This document shows positions 8,492-18,171 of a stretch of DNA of 64,000 nt, piece by piece. The position numbers and the translations under genes were made by a program. The stretch comes from an uncultured Gemmatimonadales bacterium (GTDB taxonomy: Bacteria; Gemmatimonadota; Gemmatimonadetes; Gemmatimonadales; GWC2-71-9), in the NCBI GenBank assembly GCA_963748815.1, contig CAVVKJ010000007.1, forward strand, positions 31,173-95,172, given 5' to 3'. Each line of letters begins with the position of its first letter. Position 1 is the first letter of the stretch. The notes below the pieces were generated by a model. That model did no database searches. It was given only the letters and a program-made list of their open reading frames with translations, and was not told where the DNA came from.

Positions 8492-9636
8492 GTCAGCACC
8501 TCGCGGAGGCCGGCCAGGAGCACGTCGGCCTCCTGGACCGAGAGGGTGAGCGGCGGCATGATCCGGAGGACCTGGGGGTCGGAGGAGGTCCCCGTCAGGA
8601 TGCGACGGGCAAAGAGGGCCTGCTGGAGTTCCTTCGCCGGCCGGCCGAAGTCGAGGCCAAGCAGCAAGCCCCGCCCCCACACCTTTCGCGCGCCGAGCGC
8701 GCGGGCTCCCACGGCGATGTGGGCGCCGACCCGCATGGCATTCCCGGCCAGGTCCTCGTCGGCGATGACGGCCAGCGTGGCCAGGGCGGCTGCGCAGGCG
8801 AGCGGCCCTCCGCCGAACGTGCTGCCCAGATCGCCAACGCCGACCCCCTCCGCCAGCATTGAACCGGCGACGAGTGCCCCGATCGGATAGCCCGAGCCGA
8901 GTCCCTTGGCCATGGTCAGGCCGTCGGGCACGACACCGTAGCCTTCCGCCGCCGTGAATGTGCCGCTCCGCGCGACGCCGCACTGCACCTCGTCGAAGAG
9001 GAGTGCGATGCCCCGTTCCGTGCAGATCCGGCGCGCTGCCACGAGGAACTCGACGCTGCACTCCCGGGCTCCGGCCATGCCCTGCACCGGTTCCACGAGG
9101 AGCGCCGCCATCGAGTCATCGAGGACCGCATCGAGGGAGGCCACGTCGTTGTAGGTGACCCGGGAGGAGAGTGCCATCCCGGCCCGCAGCGCGCCGGCCT
9201 CGTAGGAGGCGCCGTCGCAGCACGCGAGGGTCGCCACCGTGCGTCCGTGCCAACCGCCGGTCACCGAGGCGACGCCCGACCGTCCCGTCGCCTTGCGCGC
9301 CAGCTGAAGTGCGTTCTCGTTGGCCTCCGCGCCCGAATTGCAGAAAAACACCCGGCCGAGGGTGCCTGGGCACCGGGCGGCGAGCTCCGACGCCAACGCG
9401 AGACGCAGGGGATGGGGCACGGCCGTGGAATAGAATACCAGGCGCTTCGCCTGGGCGGTGATCGCCTCGACCACGCGCGGGTGGCTGTGCCCGGTGGAGG
9501 CCACGGCGTGGCCACCGTAGGCGTCGAGCCATTCCGCGCCGTCCTCGTCCACCAGCCAGGCGCCGCGGCCAGAGACCGGCCGGATCGGCATCTGTGCGTA
9601 CACGGGCAGGAGGGCCTCCGCTCCCGCGCTCAGCAT
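8488..9636 (-). CDS. argD: Acetyl/succinylornithine aminotransferase (class III PLP)
   Basis: FCNSGAEANE, HGRT, EPVQG, FDEVQCG, AKGLGSG, GSTFGG. Confidence 0.9.
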   Translation of the reverse strand: MLSAGAEALLPVYAQMPIRPVSGRGAWLVDEDGAEWLDAYGGHAVASTGHSHPRVVEAITAQAKRLVFYSTAVPHPLRLALASELAARCPGTLGRVFFCNSGAEANENALQLARKATGRSGVASVTGGWHGRTVATLACCDGASYEAGALRAGMALSSRVTYNDVASLDAVLDDSMAALLVEPVQGMAGARECSVEFLVAARRICTERGIALLFDEVQCGVARSGTFTAAEGYGVVPDGLTMAKGLGSGYPIGALVAGSMLAEGVGVGDLGSTFGGGPLACAAALATLAVIADEDLAGNAMRVGAHIAVGARALGARKVWGRGLLLGLDFGRPAKELQQALFARRILTGTSSDPQVLRIMPPLTLSVQEADVLLAGLREVLT

Positions 9637-10658
9637 GGAAAAGGCCCCGCCAGCCGAAGTCCGGCGGTCTCATCGAGCCCGAGGGCGAGGTTCATCCCCT
9701 GGACCGCCTGCCCTCCGGCACCCTTGATGAGATTGTCGAGCGCCACCATCACCTGTACCTCGCCGGTCGAGGCGTCGCCGACCGCGTGCATCAGCGCGAG
9801 GTTGGTGCCGACCGCGTGCGTGAGCTGCGGCGGCTCGTCGGTGAGGCGCACGAACGGGCGCCCCACGTAGGCGGCCGCGCAGAGCTCACCCACCCGCGCC
9901 GCCGCGTCGGGCGCGACGGTGGCGTGGAGGGTCAGGTGGATGCCCCGCACAAATGGGCCGGAGTGGGCCATCAACCGAGCCGTCGCGGCCGCCGCTCCCG
10001 TCCAACCCCGCCACGCCTGCAACACCTCGGCGTCGTGTCGATGACGCAGCGCCGAATAGGCGAAGAGGTTGTTCGCACGGGCGGGATGGTGGGTGGTGGG
10101 CTTCGGGTGGACACCGGCGCCGCTCGATCCGGTCACGCCGAACAGCGCCGGAACGCCGACGACGCCGGCTGACCGGAGCGGGTAGAGCGCCAGCTGCGCC
10201 GCCGTGGCGAAACAACCGGGCGCCGCGAGCGCCTCGACGCCGCGGAGTTCGGCGCCGCGCACGTCGGCCAGGCCGTAGGCGAACCGCGTTACCAGGTCGG
10301 GCGCCGGATGAGCCCCGTAGTACTGCTCATAGAGGCGGAGATCGCGCACCCGGAAGTCGGCCGCGAGGTCAATCACCAGCCCGGGCCCGGCGTCGAAGAC
10401 GTCTCCCGCCACCTTCGACGACTCGCCGTGTTCCAGCGAGAGAAACACGACGTCCTGGTCCCGGGCGGCCTCGCCGGCCGTCAGCCCCGCAAATCGCGCC
10501 TCGGTGAGTGCGGCGAGCGCCGGGTGCACCTCGGCGATCGGTCGGCCGGCCTGGCTCCGGCTGGTCGCGATGACCTCGGTGATGTCCGGGTGCTGGAGCA
10601 GGAGCCGGAGCAATTCGCCACCGACATACCCGGCGGCCCCGACCACCGCGACCTTCAC
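9630..10658 (-). CDS. argC: N-acetyl-gamma-glutamyl-phosphate reductase
   Basis: GAAGYVG, IDLAADFR, PGCFATA, GSSGAG, DNLIKGAGGQAVQ. Confidence 0.95.
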   Translation of the reverse strand: MKVAVVGAAGYVGGELLRLLLQHPDITEVIATSRSQAGRPIAEVHPALAALTEARFAGLTAGEAARDQDVVFLSLEHGESSKVAGDVFDAGPGLVIDLAADFRVRDLRLYEQYYGAHPAPDLVTRFAYGLADVRGAELRGVEALAAPGCFATAAQLALYPLRSAGVVGVPALFGVTGSSGAGVHPKPTTHHPARANNLFAYSALRHRHDAEVLQAWRGWTGAAAATARLMAHSGPFVRGIHLTLHATVAPDAAARVGELCAAAYVGRPFVRLTDEPPQLTHAVGTNLALMHAVGDASTGEVQVMVALDNLIKGAGGQAVQGMNLALGLDETAGLRLAGPFPC

Positions 10659-11713
10659 GTCGGCTCCAACGCCGCGACCACGACGGCGAGCAGTCCATCG
10701 GCGTCGCGCAACGCATTGTGCGCCGGAATCCCGAGCGAGGCGCTGATGTAGTCGCGGCCGACCTGGTTGTCGGTGGCCGGACCGGTGAGCACGGTGATGG
10801 GCAGGCCGTACGTCCCCCGCATGAGCTGGTCCGCACCCCAGCAGCCCACGGGGTCAGGAGCGGCCATGACCCAGGCGCGTCCGGCGCCCGAGAGTTCGGG
10901 ATCCCGGAGGATGTCCTGCACGCCGTACTCTCCGAGGATGCCATCGCCGAGTTCCGCCACGATCACGTCGGGGCGGACGGTCTGCTGCAGGCGATTGAAG
11001 AGCCCCTTGGCCACCGCGACGGTCATCCCGGCGTGGGTGCTCGCGGCGCCGGCGTCGTTGAACGTCATCGCCGCCACGGCACCTGCGTCCTGCATGGCGA
11101 GCGTGTCGCGCATGAGGCTGACGCCGGTCAGCTTCGTCGCCGCGACCCGCAGGCCGCGGCGCGCGAGGCCGCGGACCAACTCGGTGGCCGCCACGGTCTT
11201 GCCGGCATTCATGCAGGTCCCCGCCACGTAGATGACCGGAGCCTCAAGCTCCAGCGATTCGCTGGTGGGGATGGCCCCGTCCCGGATGTGCGCGGGACGG
11301 CCGACCCGGTCTCCCAGGGCGGGAAAAGCGAGCACGGCGCCGAGGACCTCCGCCGCGAACGGCGGACCGATGTCGGGATTGGCCGAGGTGCAGCGGCCGA
11401 GCACGCCGCCGAGATTGAGCACGTCGATCGTGTCACCCACGGCGATGTGACTCGGCACCTCGCCGGCGTATCCGCGGAGGGCGCGCCGGCTTCCGAGCGT
11501 GCCGGCGAGGACATCCCCCTTCCGGAGCGAGACCAGCCTGCCTGCCAGGTCTTCCACCGTGTTGTAGGAGGACTTGTCGGTGAGCAGTCGCACGGCCAGC
11601 ACGTAGCCTTCGGCGGCCACGATCTCCTGGCCGACGATTACCTCGGTCGAAAGGTGGGCGTTGCGGGTGGAGGAGCTGATGCGGTCCAGGCGAATCCGGG
11701 TCGTGGTCACCAT
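10655..11713 (-). CDS. Uncharacterised P-loop (DUF1611/DgcN-like) protein inside the arg operon
   Basis: 352 aa from ATG 11713, overlapping the argG stop (TGATG) and the argC start (GTGA). Walker A-like GTCMNAGKT, KLTG, Walker B-like VIVAELGDG. Confidence 0.75.
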   Translation of the reverse strand: MVTTTRIRLDRISSSTRNAHLSTEVIVGQEIVAAEGYVLAVRLLTDKSSYNTVEDLAGRLVSLRKGDVLAGTLGSRRALRGYAGEVPSHIAVGDTIDVLNLGGVLGRCTSANPDIGPPFAAEVLGAVLAFPALGDRVGRPAHIRDGAIPTSESLELEAPVIYVAGTCMNAGKTVAATELVRGLARRGLRVAATKLTGVSLMRDTLAMQDAGAVAAMTFNDAGAASTHAGMTVAVAKGLFNRLQQTVRPDVIVAELGDGILGEYGVQDILRDPELSGAGRAWVMAAPDPVGCWGADQLMRGTYGLPITVLTGPATDNQVGRDYISASLGIPAHNALRDADGLLAVVVAALEPT

Positions 11714-12909
11714 CAGTCCGCCCCTCCGGCGCGCGCGGCGAGCAGCGCGGGAATTGCCGCCACACGGGCAAAGGCGCGCGCCTCGTCGCCGGTCCAGAGG
11801 CGATTCTCCTCGCCGTAGGTGGCGACACGCGGGTCCATCATCGAATGCGGGCTCCGCGCGCCGACGACCTGGAACCGGCCGGGCGCGAGACGGACCCGCG
11901 TCTCGCCCGCCACGCGGTGCTGCGAATGGGTCAAGAGCGCCTCGATGTCGCGGAGGGCGGGATCGAAGTACTGCCCTTCGTGCAGTCGGTCGCCATAGAA
12001 GGTCGAGAGCTGGTCCTTCCAGAACGCCTGCCACTTGGTCAGGACGAGCTTCTCCAGCTCGCGGTGCGCGGCGATGAGCACGAGTGCGGCTCCCGCCTCG
12101 AAGCCGATCCGGCCCTTGATGCCGAGGGCGGTCTCGCCGACATGGATGCCGCGGCCAAACCCGTAGGCGGCCGCGAGGTCGTTGAGCGACTGGACCAGGT
12201 CGACCCCGGCGAGCTGATTGCCGTCGAGTGCGACCGGGAGCCCGCCGTCCCATGCAATGACGATGTCGCGGGGTGCCGGGGCGTCGGCGGGCGGCTCGAG
12301 CAGTTCTGCCGGCGGGCCCGCCCAGGTGTCGTGGGTCCAGCCCCCTCCCCAGGTGGTGCCCCACAGCCCGGCATTGATCGAGTAGGCCCCGGCCTTCGCC
12401 GGCACCGGCAGGTGGCGACTTTCGAGGTACGCAATCGCCTGGGTGCGGGAGAGACCCTCGTCGCGGATGGGGGTGAGGATGGCGAGGTCGGCCGCGAGGA
12501 CGCGCAGAGTCACGTCGAACCGGACCTGGTCGTTCCCGGCCCCGGTGGAGCCGTGCGCGACGGCAACCGCCCCGATGCTGCGGGCCACGTCAAGGACGGA
12601 CATCGCCTGCTGGGTCCGCTCGGCGGCCACGCTGAGCGGATAGACGCCGCCCCGCAGCACGTTGCCCTGGATCAGGTACCGGACGAACCGATCGAAGACC
12701 AGGGCGCGGGCATCCACCTCATGGTGGGCGACCGACCCCACCACCTCCGCCTGGCGCCGAATGGCGGCCCGCTCCTCCGGGGAGGCGCCGCCGGTGTTGA
12801 CATAGACCGTATGGACCGCCCAGCCCTGCTCGGCGAGGCGCGGGACGCAGTAGGACGTGTCGAGTCCGCCCGAGAAGGCCAGGGCGACGACGCCGGGTGA
12901 AGTTTGCAT
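11713..12909 (-). CDS. argG: Argininosuccinate synthase
   Basis: LAFSGGLDTS, HGSTGAGNDQVRF, YSINAGLWG, GIKGRIGFEA. Confidence 0.95.
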   Translation of the reverse strand: MQTSPGVVALAFSGGLDTSYCVPRLAEQGWAVHTVYVNTGGASPEERAAIRRQAEVVGSVAHHEVDARALVFDRFVRYLIQGNVLRGGVYPLSVAAERTQQAMSVLDVARSIGAVAVAHGSTGAGNDQVRFDVTLRVLAADLAILTPIRDEGLSRTQAIAYLESRHLPVPAKAGAYSINAGLWGTTWGGGWTHDTWAGPPAELLEPPADAPAPRDIVIAWDGGLPVALDGNQLAGVDLVQSLNDLAAAYGFGRGIHVGETALGIKGRIGFEAGAALVLIAAHRELEKLVLTKWQAFWKDQLSTFYGDRLHEGQYFDPALRDIEALLTHSQHRVAGETRVRLAPGRFQVVGARSPHSMMDPRVATYGEENRLWTGDEARAFARVAAIPALLAARAGGAD

Positions 12910-12947
12910 AATGGATAAATATGCAATACGGAAATGGCCGTGCGCAA
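12910..12947 (-). promoter_or_regulatory. ARG box overlapping a probable (near-)leaderless argG promoter
   Basis: AT-rich 18-mer ATTGCATATTTATCCATT (12927-12910) fits the ARG-box consensus TGxATwwwwATxCA and directly abuts the ATG. TTGCGC-18 nt-CATATT precedes it and no SD is present. Confidence 0.7.
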
Positions 12948-12954
12948 GGGGGGG

Positions 12955-14787
12955 TCAGTCGGCGCGCCCTGCCCGTTCCTCCGGAAACCGCAGACGATAG
13001 GAGAGGGTCGCGAGTTCCTGGTCGACCGCTGCCTCGTATTCCGGACCCTCCACCGCCTGGCGGAGTTTCGCGGAAACCGGGATGACCATCGGCGCCGGCT
13101 CCCACTCGACCACGGCCCCGGTGGCGGCATCGACCACCCTCCCCTCCTCCACCGCCCGGGTTGCCTCCACCAACCGGAGACTCGAGAGCGCCCGGCGCAT
13201 TGCCTCGAGGCGCGCCTGATGCGCCGGATCGACGAAGCGGCTGCCGAAGGTGGCCACGAAGTACCCGGCCGGCATGTACAACAGGCCGTCGAACCCGAGC
13301 TCACCGCAGAGCACCACGAGCCAGGCCATGACGTCGCGGAGCAGGCCGAGCCCGGGATGCTTCTGACCGGGCATCGAGTGCTTGCCCGACGCGAAGTGGC
13401 GTCGCGGATTCTGGAGCAGGACCCAGTCGAGAAAGAGCATCTCCATCCCCGGCAGGCTGGTGCGATCGCGGCGGAATCGGATCTCCATGAGGAGTTCCGT
13501 CCGCGCCGCGTCGCCGAAGAGGCGAACGGTGTCGGAATCGGCCAGATGGAAGTCCAGCTCCAGCGTCGGCTGGGCGAACCCGAGGGCGCGCACCTGCGCC
13601 AGCACTCCCAGGCGCTCGAGCAGCAGCTCCACCCCCTGGGCGGTGTATCGGCCGAGGAGCCGGCGGGGCGCCATCCCCCCACCCGGATCGAACGCCGCCA
13701 GGTCCTCAGCGGTGAGGGCCCAATCGGCGGCCGGCGGCAGCCGTCGGGCGCCGTCGTGGAGCAACCGATGGAGTTCCTGCGCGCGCCTGATCAGCATGTC
13801 GGTATTGGTCGGGGGCTCGACCGTCCGTCCCGCCGCGAGCCACCCGAGGAAGCGTGCTGTATAGCGCCACGCGTTGCCCCCATACCCGCCGCCGAGCGTA
13901 ATGACGAGCGGGATCTCGGCGCCCTCCGGACGCACCTGCCCGATCACGAACTGGTCCCGGGCCAGCATCCCGTCGGCGGTGATGTTCCAGTCGCCGACCA
14001 TGTCGTCGGAGGCGGGATCCACCCCCGCGACGTAGAACACCAGCCCTGGGCGCACCTGCCGGATGACGGGCGGAAGCGCCTCCTTGAGCGTCTTGAGATA
14101 GGTCGCGTCGTTCACGGCCGTGCCGAGCGCGATCACGGTGGCGGCAGCGGCCTCGCGCGGCGCCCAGTCCTGGTTGTGGATCGTGAACGTGTGCACGGTG
14201 GGATCTTCCTCGAAGAGCACTCGCGTCCCGTTGCCGTCGTGGATGTCGAGGTCGACGATCAGGATCGGCGCCTCGAACCCTTGCGCCCGCACGCGGGCCA
14301 CGGCAATGGCAAGGTCGTTGAGGGCACAGAAGCCCATCCCCCGGTTCGACGCGGCATGATGAAAACCGCCGCCGAGGTTGACGGCGACCCGTCCTGTCCG
14401 GAGCGCGACGGCCGCGGCGAGGACCGTGCCCCCCGCCGCAAGTCGCTGGAACTCGACGAGTCCCTGGGCCTCGGTGTCGGTGAGCTGCGCGCCGACGATC
14501 TGTTCGATCACCTCGGTACGCTCCAGCGACTCGAGGTACTTGTCGGTATGCACCCGACGGAGGTTCTTCATCGACGCCGACTGCGGCCGGAGGAGCTCCC
14601 GCTGGCGGATGAGCCCTTCGTCGGTGAGGAAGGCGAGCACCATCTCGGCGCGCAGTGGATCCATCGGGATGGAGCCGAGCTGGACGACGTAGCGGGGATC
14701 GTAGATGAGCACCAGCCCCGAGGAGCGGAGACTGCGACGAATCGCGCCCCACACCCACCGGCCCATCCGCCGTCCTACCGACATCAT
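12955..14787 (-). CDS. Histone deacetylase family amidohydrolase with a ~230 aa C-terminal (GNAT-like?) domain
   Basis: GGGFHHA, GFCALND, DLDIHDGNG, AGVD, LGGGYG. Extra C-terminal region contains LQNP...PGQKHPGLGLL. Confidence 0.85.
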   Translation of the reverse strand: MMSVGRRMGRWVWGAIRRSLRSSGLVLIYDPRYVVQLGSIPMDPLRAEMVLAFLTDEGLIRQRELLRPQSASMKNLRRVHTDKYLESLERTEVIEQIVGAQLTDTEAQGLVEFQRLAAGGTVLAAAVALRTGRVAVNLGGGFHHAASNRGMGFCALNDLAIAVARVRAQGFEAPILIVDLDIHDGNGTRVLFEEDPTVHTFTIHNQDWAPREAAAATVIALGTAVNDATYLKTLKEALPPVIRQVRPGLVFYVAGVDPASDDMVGDWNITADGMLARDQFVIGQVRPEGAEIPLVITLGGGYGGNAWRYTARFLGWLAAGRTVEPPTNTDMLIRRAQELHRLLHDGARRLPPAADWALTAEDLAAFDPGGGMAPRRLLGRYTAQGVELLLERLGVLAQVRALGFAQPTLELDFHLADSDTVRLFGDAARTELLMEIRFRRDRTSLPGMEMLFLDWVLLQNPRRHFASGKHSMPGQKHPGLGLLRDVMAWLVVLCGELGFDGLLYMPAGYFVATFGSRFVDPAHQARLEAMRRALSSLRLVEATRAVEEGRVVDAATGAVVEWEPAPMVIPVSAKLRQAVEGPEYEAAVDQELATLSYRLRFPEERAGRAD

Positions 14788-14901
14788 TCCCGGCCCACTC
14801 ACGCGATCGGCCTCCCTCTGTGCCCAGGACGACGGTTGCCCGGCAACGGTGCGGCCCGTCGACCCCGCCGCCACCACCGGAGTATACTATTGGGACTGCC
14901 C

Positions 14902-15633
14902 ATGACCGCATCCCCTCCGCCCGGCCTCCCCGAACGACGACGCCCGTCCCTGACGGCACGCTGGAGCAATCTCGCCCTCCTCACCTTCGACGTGGACCCG
15001 TCGCTGCTCGAGCCATGGCTGCCGACGGACGTGGAAGTCGACCTCGTCGATGGACGGGCGCTCGTCTCCCTGATCGCCTTCGATTTCCTGGATACGAGGG
15101 TGCGGGGCCGCCGGATCCCCGGCTTCGTGGACTTCCCGGAGATCAACTTCCGCACCTATGTGCGGCAGGGTGACCGCCTGGGCGTCGTGGCGATTCGGGA
15201 ACTGGTGCCCAGCCCGCTGGCTGCCGCCGTCGGGCGGCTGCGATTCAACGAGCCGTTCCGGTCCACCCCGATCGAGAGCCGGACCGCGAGCATGGGCGAC
15301 GAGCTGGTGGTGGAGCACCGATGGCGATGGAAGGACCGGCGCTACTTTCTCCGGATGACGGCGGACCAGAACTCCGCCCCTGCCTCGGCCGATGCACCCG
15401 CGCACCACCTGCTGGGACGGCGCTGGGCCTACGGCAAGAGCCGACGGGGCCAGCCGAACGCCCTTCGCGTCGAACACCCCGAATGGGCGCTCCGCCGGGT
15501 CCGCACCCTCGACTTCGACGTGGACTACGGGGACTTGTACGGGCCGGAATGGGCCGTGCTCAATGGGCGCCAACCAGCGATGACCCACCTCGCCGTCGGG
15601 TCGGCGGTGTCGATCTTCCCCTCGGGGCGCTAG
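14902..15633 (+). CDS. DUF2071/YqjF family protein
   Basis: ARWSNLALLTFDVDPSLLEPWLP, FPEINFRTYV, VEHPEW. True start is ATG 14902 within the tracked 12934 ORF. Confidence 0.8.
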   Translation: MTASPPPGLPERRRPSLTARWSNLALLTFDVDPSLLEPWLPTDVEVDLVDGRALVSLIAFDFLDTRVRGRRIPGFVDFPEINFRTYVRQGDRLGVVAIRELVPSPLAAAVGRLRFNEPFRSTPIESRTASMGDELVVEHRWRWKDRRYFLRMTADQNSAPASADAPAHHLLGRRWAYGKSRRGQPNALRVEHPEWALRRVRTLDFDVDYGDLYGPEWAVLNGRQPAMTHLAVGSAVSIFPSGR

Positions 15634-15648
15634 CGCCGGGCGATCTTC

Positions 15649-16653
15649 TCACGGCCTGACCGGCCCCTCTCCCGCCCCGGTCTCCCGGATGATCCCAGCG
15701 ATCTCCTCGAGATCCTCTTCTGACAGGCGCAACCTCGCCGCACCGATCCATCCGTCCACCTGCGCCGCCGCACGCGCCCCCACGATGGCCCCCGTTACCG
15801 CCGGCCACGCGAGCACCCAGGCGATGGCAATTTCGCCGGTGGACACGCCGTGCCGCTCCGCAACAGGACGCAGCCCGTCACGCAGGGTCAGGTTGGCGGC
15901 GAACCGCGGCCCCGTGAACTCCGAGCCGCGATGGCGGTAGTCGTCGGGGGGTAGGGCGGCGAGTCGCGCCGCGGAGAACCGATCGGTCAGCAGGCCTGAC
16001 TGCATCGGGCTATACGCGATGACGCCGACATCGTGCGCGCGGCACCAGGGGAGCTCCGCGGCCGCGACCTTGCGCCGGATGAGCGAGAACGGGGGCTGGA
16101 GCGACGCCACCGGCCCGCGCGCGGCGCACCGGTCGAGGAGCGGCACGTCGAAATTGCAGACGCCTGCCCACCGGACCTTCCCCTCAGCGATCAGCCGCAG
16201 CATCGTCTCCCACGAGTCCTCGACGGCGGTGCCCGTCTCGTCGGGCCAGTGGAACTGGTACAGGTCGATGCGCTCCACGCCGAGCCGGCCCAGCGACGCC
16301 TCGCACTCCTGCCGGATGGAGGCGGGCCGGAGGACGCGCCGTGGCTCCGCCATGCGATCGCCTGGATCCCAGACGAGGCCGCACTTGGTGAAGAGGAGGG
16401 GACGCTCGGCCAACGGCAGCGACGCCACCGCCCGCCCCACCACTTCCTCGGAGTGGCCGAGGCCATACACGGCGGCAGTGTCGATCCAGTTGATGCCCAG
16501 CTCGACCGCGCGGTGAATGGCGCCCACCGATGCCTCGTCGTCCTGCGGCCCCCATCCGAAGGCCCAGGGGCCGCCGATTGCCCAGGTGCCCAGGCCGAGC
16601 GCCGTGATGTCCAGATCGGTCCGCCCAAGGCGGCGACGCGGCAGTGCGGCCAT
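15649..16653 (-). CDS. Aldo/keto reductase
   Basis: LGLGTWAIGG, WIDTAAVYG, TKCG, IDLYQFHWPD, YSPMQSGLL. Confidence 0.92.
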   Translation of the reverse strand: MAALPRRRLGRTDLDITALGLGTWAIGGPWAFGWGPQDDEASVGAIHRAVELGINWIDTAAVYGLGHSEEVVGRAVASLPLAERPLLFTKCGLVWDPGDRMAEPRRVLRPASIRQECEASLGRLGVERIDLYQFHWPDETGTAVEDSWETMLRLIAEGKVRWAGVCNFDVPLLDRCAARGPVASLQPPFSLIRRKVAAAELPWCRAHDVGVIAYSPMQSGLLTDRFSAARLAALPPDDYRHRGSEFTGPRFAANLTLRDGLRPVAERHGVSTGEIAIAWVLAWPAVTGAIVGARAAAQVDGWIGAARLRLSEEDLEEIAGIIRETGAGEGPVRP

Positions 16654-17216
16654 CAGTAGATCACCCCGCCCGCGGCCTGGTACGCGGTGAAGAGCGCCCG
16701 CGCCTCCTCCCGCATCACGTTCCGCCGGACCGTGACACCCTTCCGCTCCAGGTGGGCATAGCTCTCCGGGAAGACGGGGCCTTCGTCGTACCCGATGGCC
16801 TCGGCGTCTCCCTTGGTGGCGCCGGTCACCAGGGAGGCGGCACCGCTCCAGAAGACGGCGCCGAGGCACATCGCGCACGGTTCGCAGGAGGAGACCAGCT
16901 CGTGGGGCGGCATTCCCTCCGCACCCAACGAGTGACTGTGCAGCCGGGCCCCCGCCATCATGAGGGCGACGACTTCCGCATGGAGCACGCAGTTGTGGGA
17001 GGGGACGGCCATGTTCACGCCAACGGCCACGAGTCGTCCGCCATCGCGCTCGAAGACCGCCGCGGCGAACGGGCCGCCGGTCGCGCGGCGCACCTGTTCA
17101 TGCCCCAGCGCGATGACGAGAGCCATCCGGTCCTCGACCCGCGCGTACCGGCGCTGCCAGTCGACGAGCCCGTCGACCCAGGAAGGGAGTTCGATTTGCA
17201 GTCGGGGAGATGGCAT
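16653..17216 (-). CDS. Zn-dependent nucleoside/guanine deaminase (CDA fold)
   Basis: GGPFAAAV, HAEV, SCEPCAMC. Confidence 0.88.
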   Translation of the reverse strand: MPSPRLQIELPSWVDGLVDWQRRYARVEDRMALVIALGHEQVRRATGGPFAAAVFERDGGRLVAVGVNMAVPSHNCVLHAEVVALMMAGARLHSHSLGAEGMPPHELVSSCEPCAMCLGAVFWSGAASLVTGATKGDAEAIGYDEGPVFPESYAHLERKGVTVRRNVMREEARALFTAYQAAGGVIY

Positions 17217-17253
17217 GGAGTCGTCCTCTCGCGTGGCACGGTGCAGGTCGTGT

Positions 17254-18171
17254 TCAGGTGCCCGGGCGCATCCGTGTCGTGGTGATGAGTCCAACAGCGA
17301 AGAGAATCACCGCCGCCGCGATGAGGATGCGGAGGCTCAACGCCTCGCCCGCCAGGGCCCACCCGAGGATGACCGCCACGAGCGGGTTGACATAGGAGAT
17401 GGTCGCGAGCCGGTCCGGCGTGGTGTGCCGGATGAGCCAGAAGTAGGCCGAATAGGAGATCAGCGAGCCAAAAATGGCGAGGTACAGGTAGGCCGTGGCC
17501 GAGCTGGCGGAGACGCCCGCCCAGGTGAAGTGCTGGAAGTCACCGGCCAGCGCCGCAATCACGAGGAGCGTCACCCCCGCCACGATCATCTGCTGGGACA
17601 CGAAGAGCGTGGGGTATTTCGGGCGGGCCAGCTTGATGGCGTAGATCGAGCCGACTGACCAGCTCAGCGCGGCCCCCGTGAGGACGATGGCACCGATCGG
17701 ATCGACGTGCTCGCTGCCCGCGAAGTTGCCCGGGACGACCAGGAGGGCGACGCCCCCGAATCCGGTGATGAGTCCCGCCACGGTGCGGGCGCCCGGGCGC
17801 CGGGCGCCGAGCCAGAGCCAGTTGAGGAGGACGAGCCAAAGGGCTGAAGTGCAGACGATCAGGGCGGTCAGCCCGCTCGGGACGAGCTGTTCGGCCCAGG
17901 TGGTGGCGCCGTTGGCGGTCACCAGCATGAGGACGCCGAGGCCGGCGGCGCGAATCCAGTCCTGTCGCGACGGGCTCGGCACCCCCTGTCGCACCCTGCT
18001 CCAGGCAAAGAGCAGGAGGCCGGCGAGCAGGTGCCGCGACCCCGCCATCAGGAAGGGCGGGATCGACTCGATGGCGAACCGGATGCCGAGGTAGGTGGAC
18101 CCCCAGATGAGGTAGACGGCCGCCCATGCCAGCACGAGCCGACTGGTCGCGGGGCGCTCCAGGTCGGTCAA
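17254..18171 (-). CDS. EamA/DMT family transporter (YedA-like)
   Basis: About 10 TM segments, IWGSTYLGIR, YVNPLVAVILG. Confidence 0.9.
   Translation of the reverse strand: MTDLERPATSRLVLAWAAVYLIWGSTYLGIRFAIESIPPFLMAGSRHLLAGLLLFAWSRVRQGVPSPSRQDWIRAAGLGVLMLVTANGATTWAEQLVPSGLTALIVCTSALWLVLLNWLWLGARRPGARTVAGLITGFGGVALLVVPGNFAGSEHVDPIGAIVLTGAALSWSVGSIYAIKLARPKYPTLFVSQQMIVAGVTLLVIAALAGDFQHFTWAGVSASSATAYLYLAIFGSLISYSAYFWLIRHTTPDRLATISYVNPLVAVILGWALAGEALSLRILIAAAVILFAVGLITTTRMRPGT

Noticed and set aside
12934-14901. Long + strand ORF (N-terminal part of the 899 aa ORF) and similar antisense ORFs such as 29412..33380 and 47570..49798
   Set aside because: These are shadow ORFs opposite real genes, expected at high GC, and carry no motifs.
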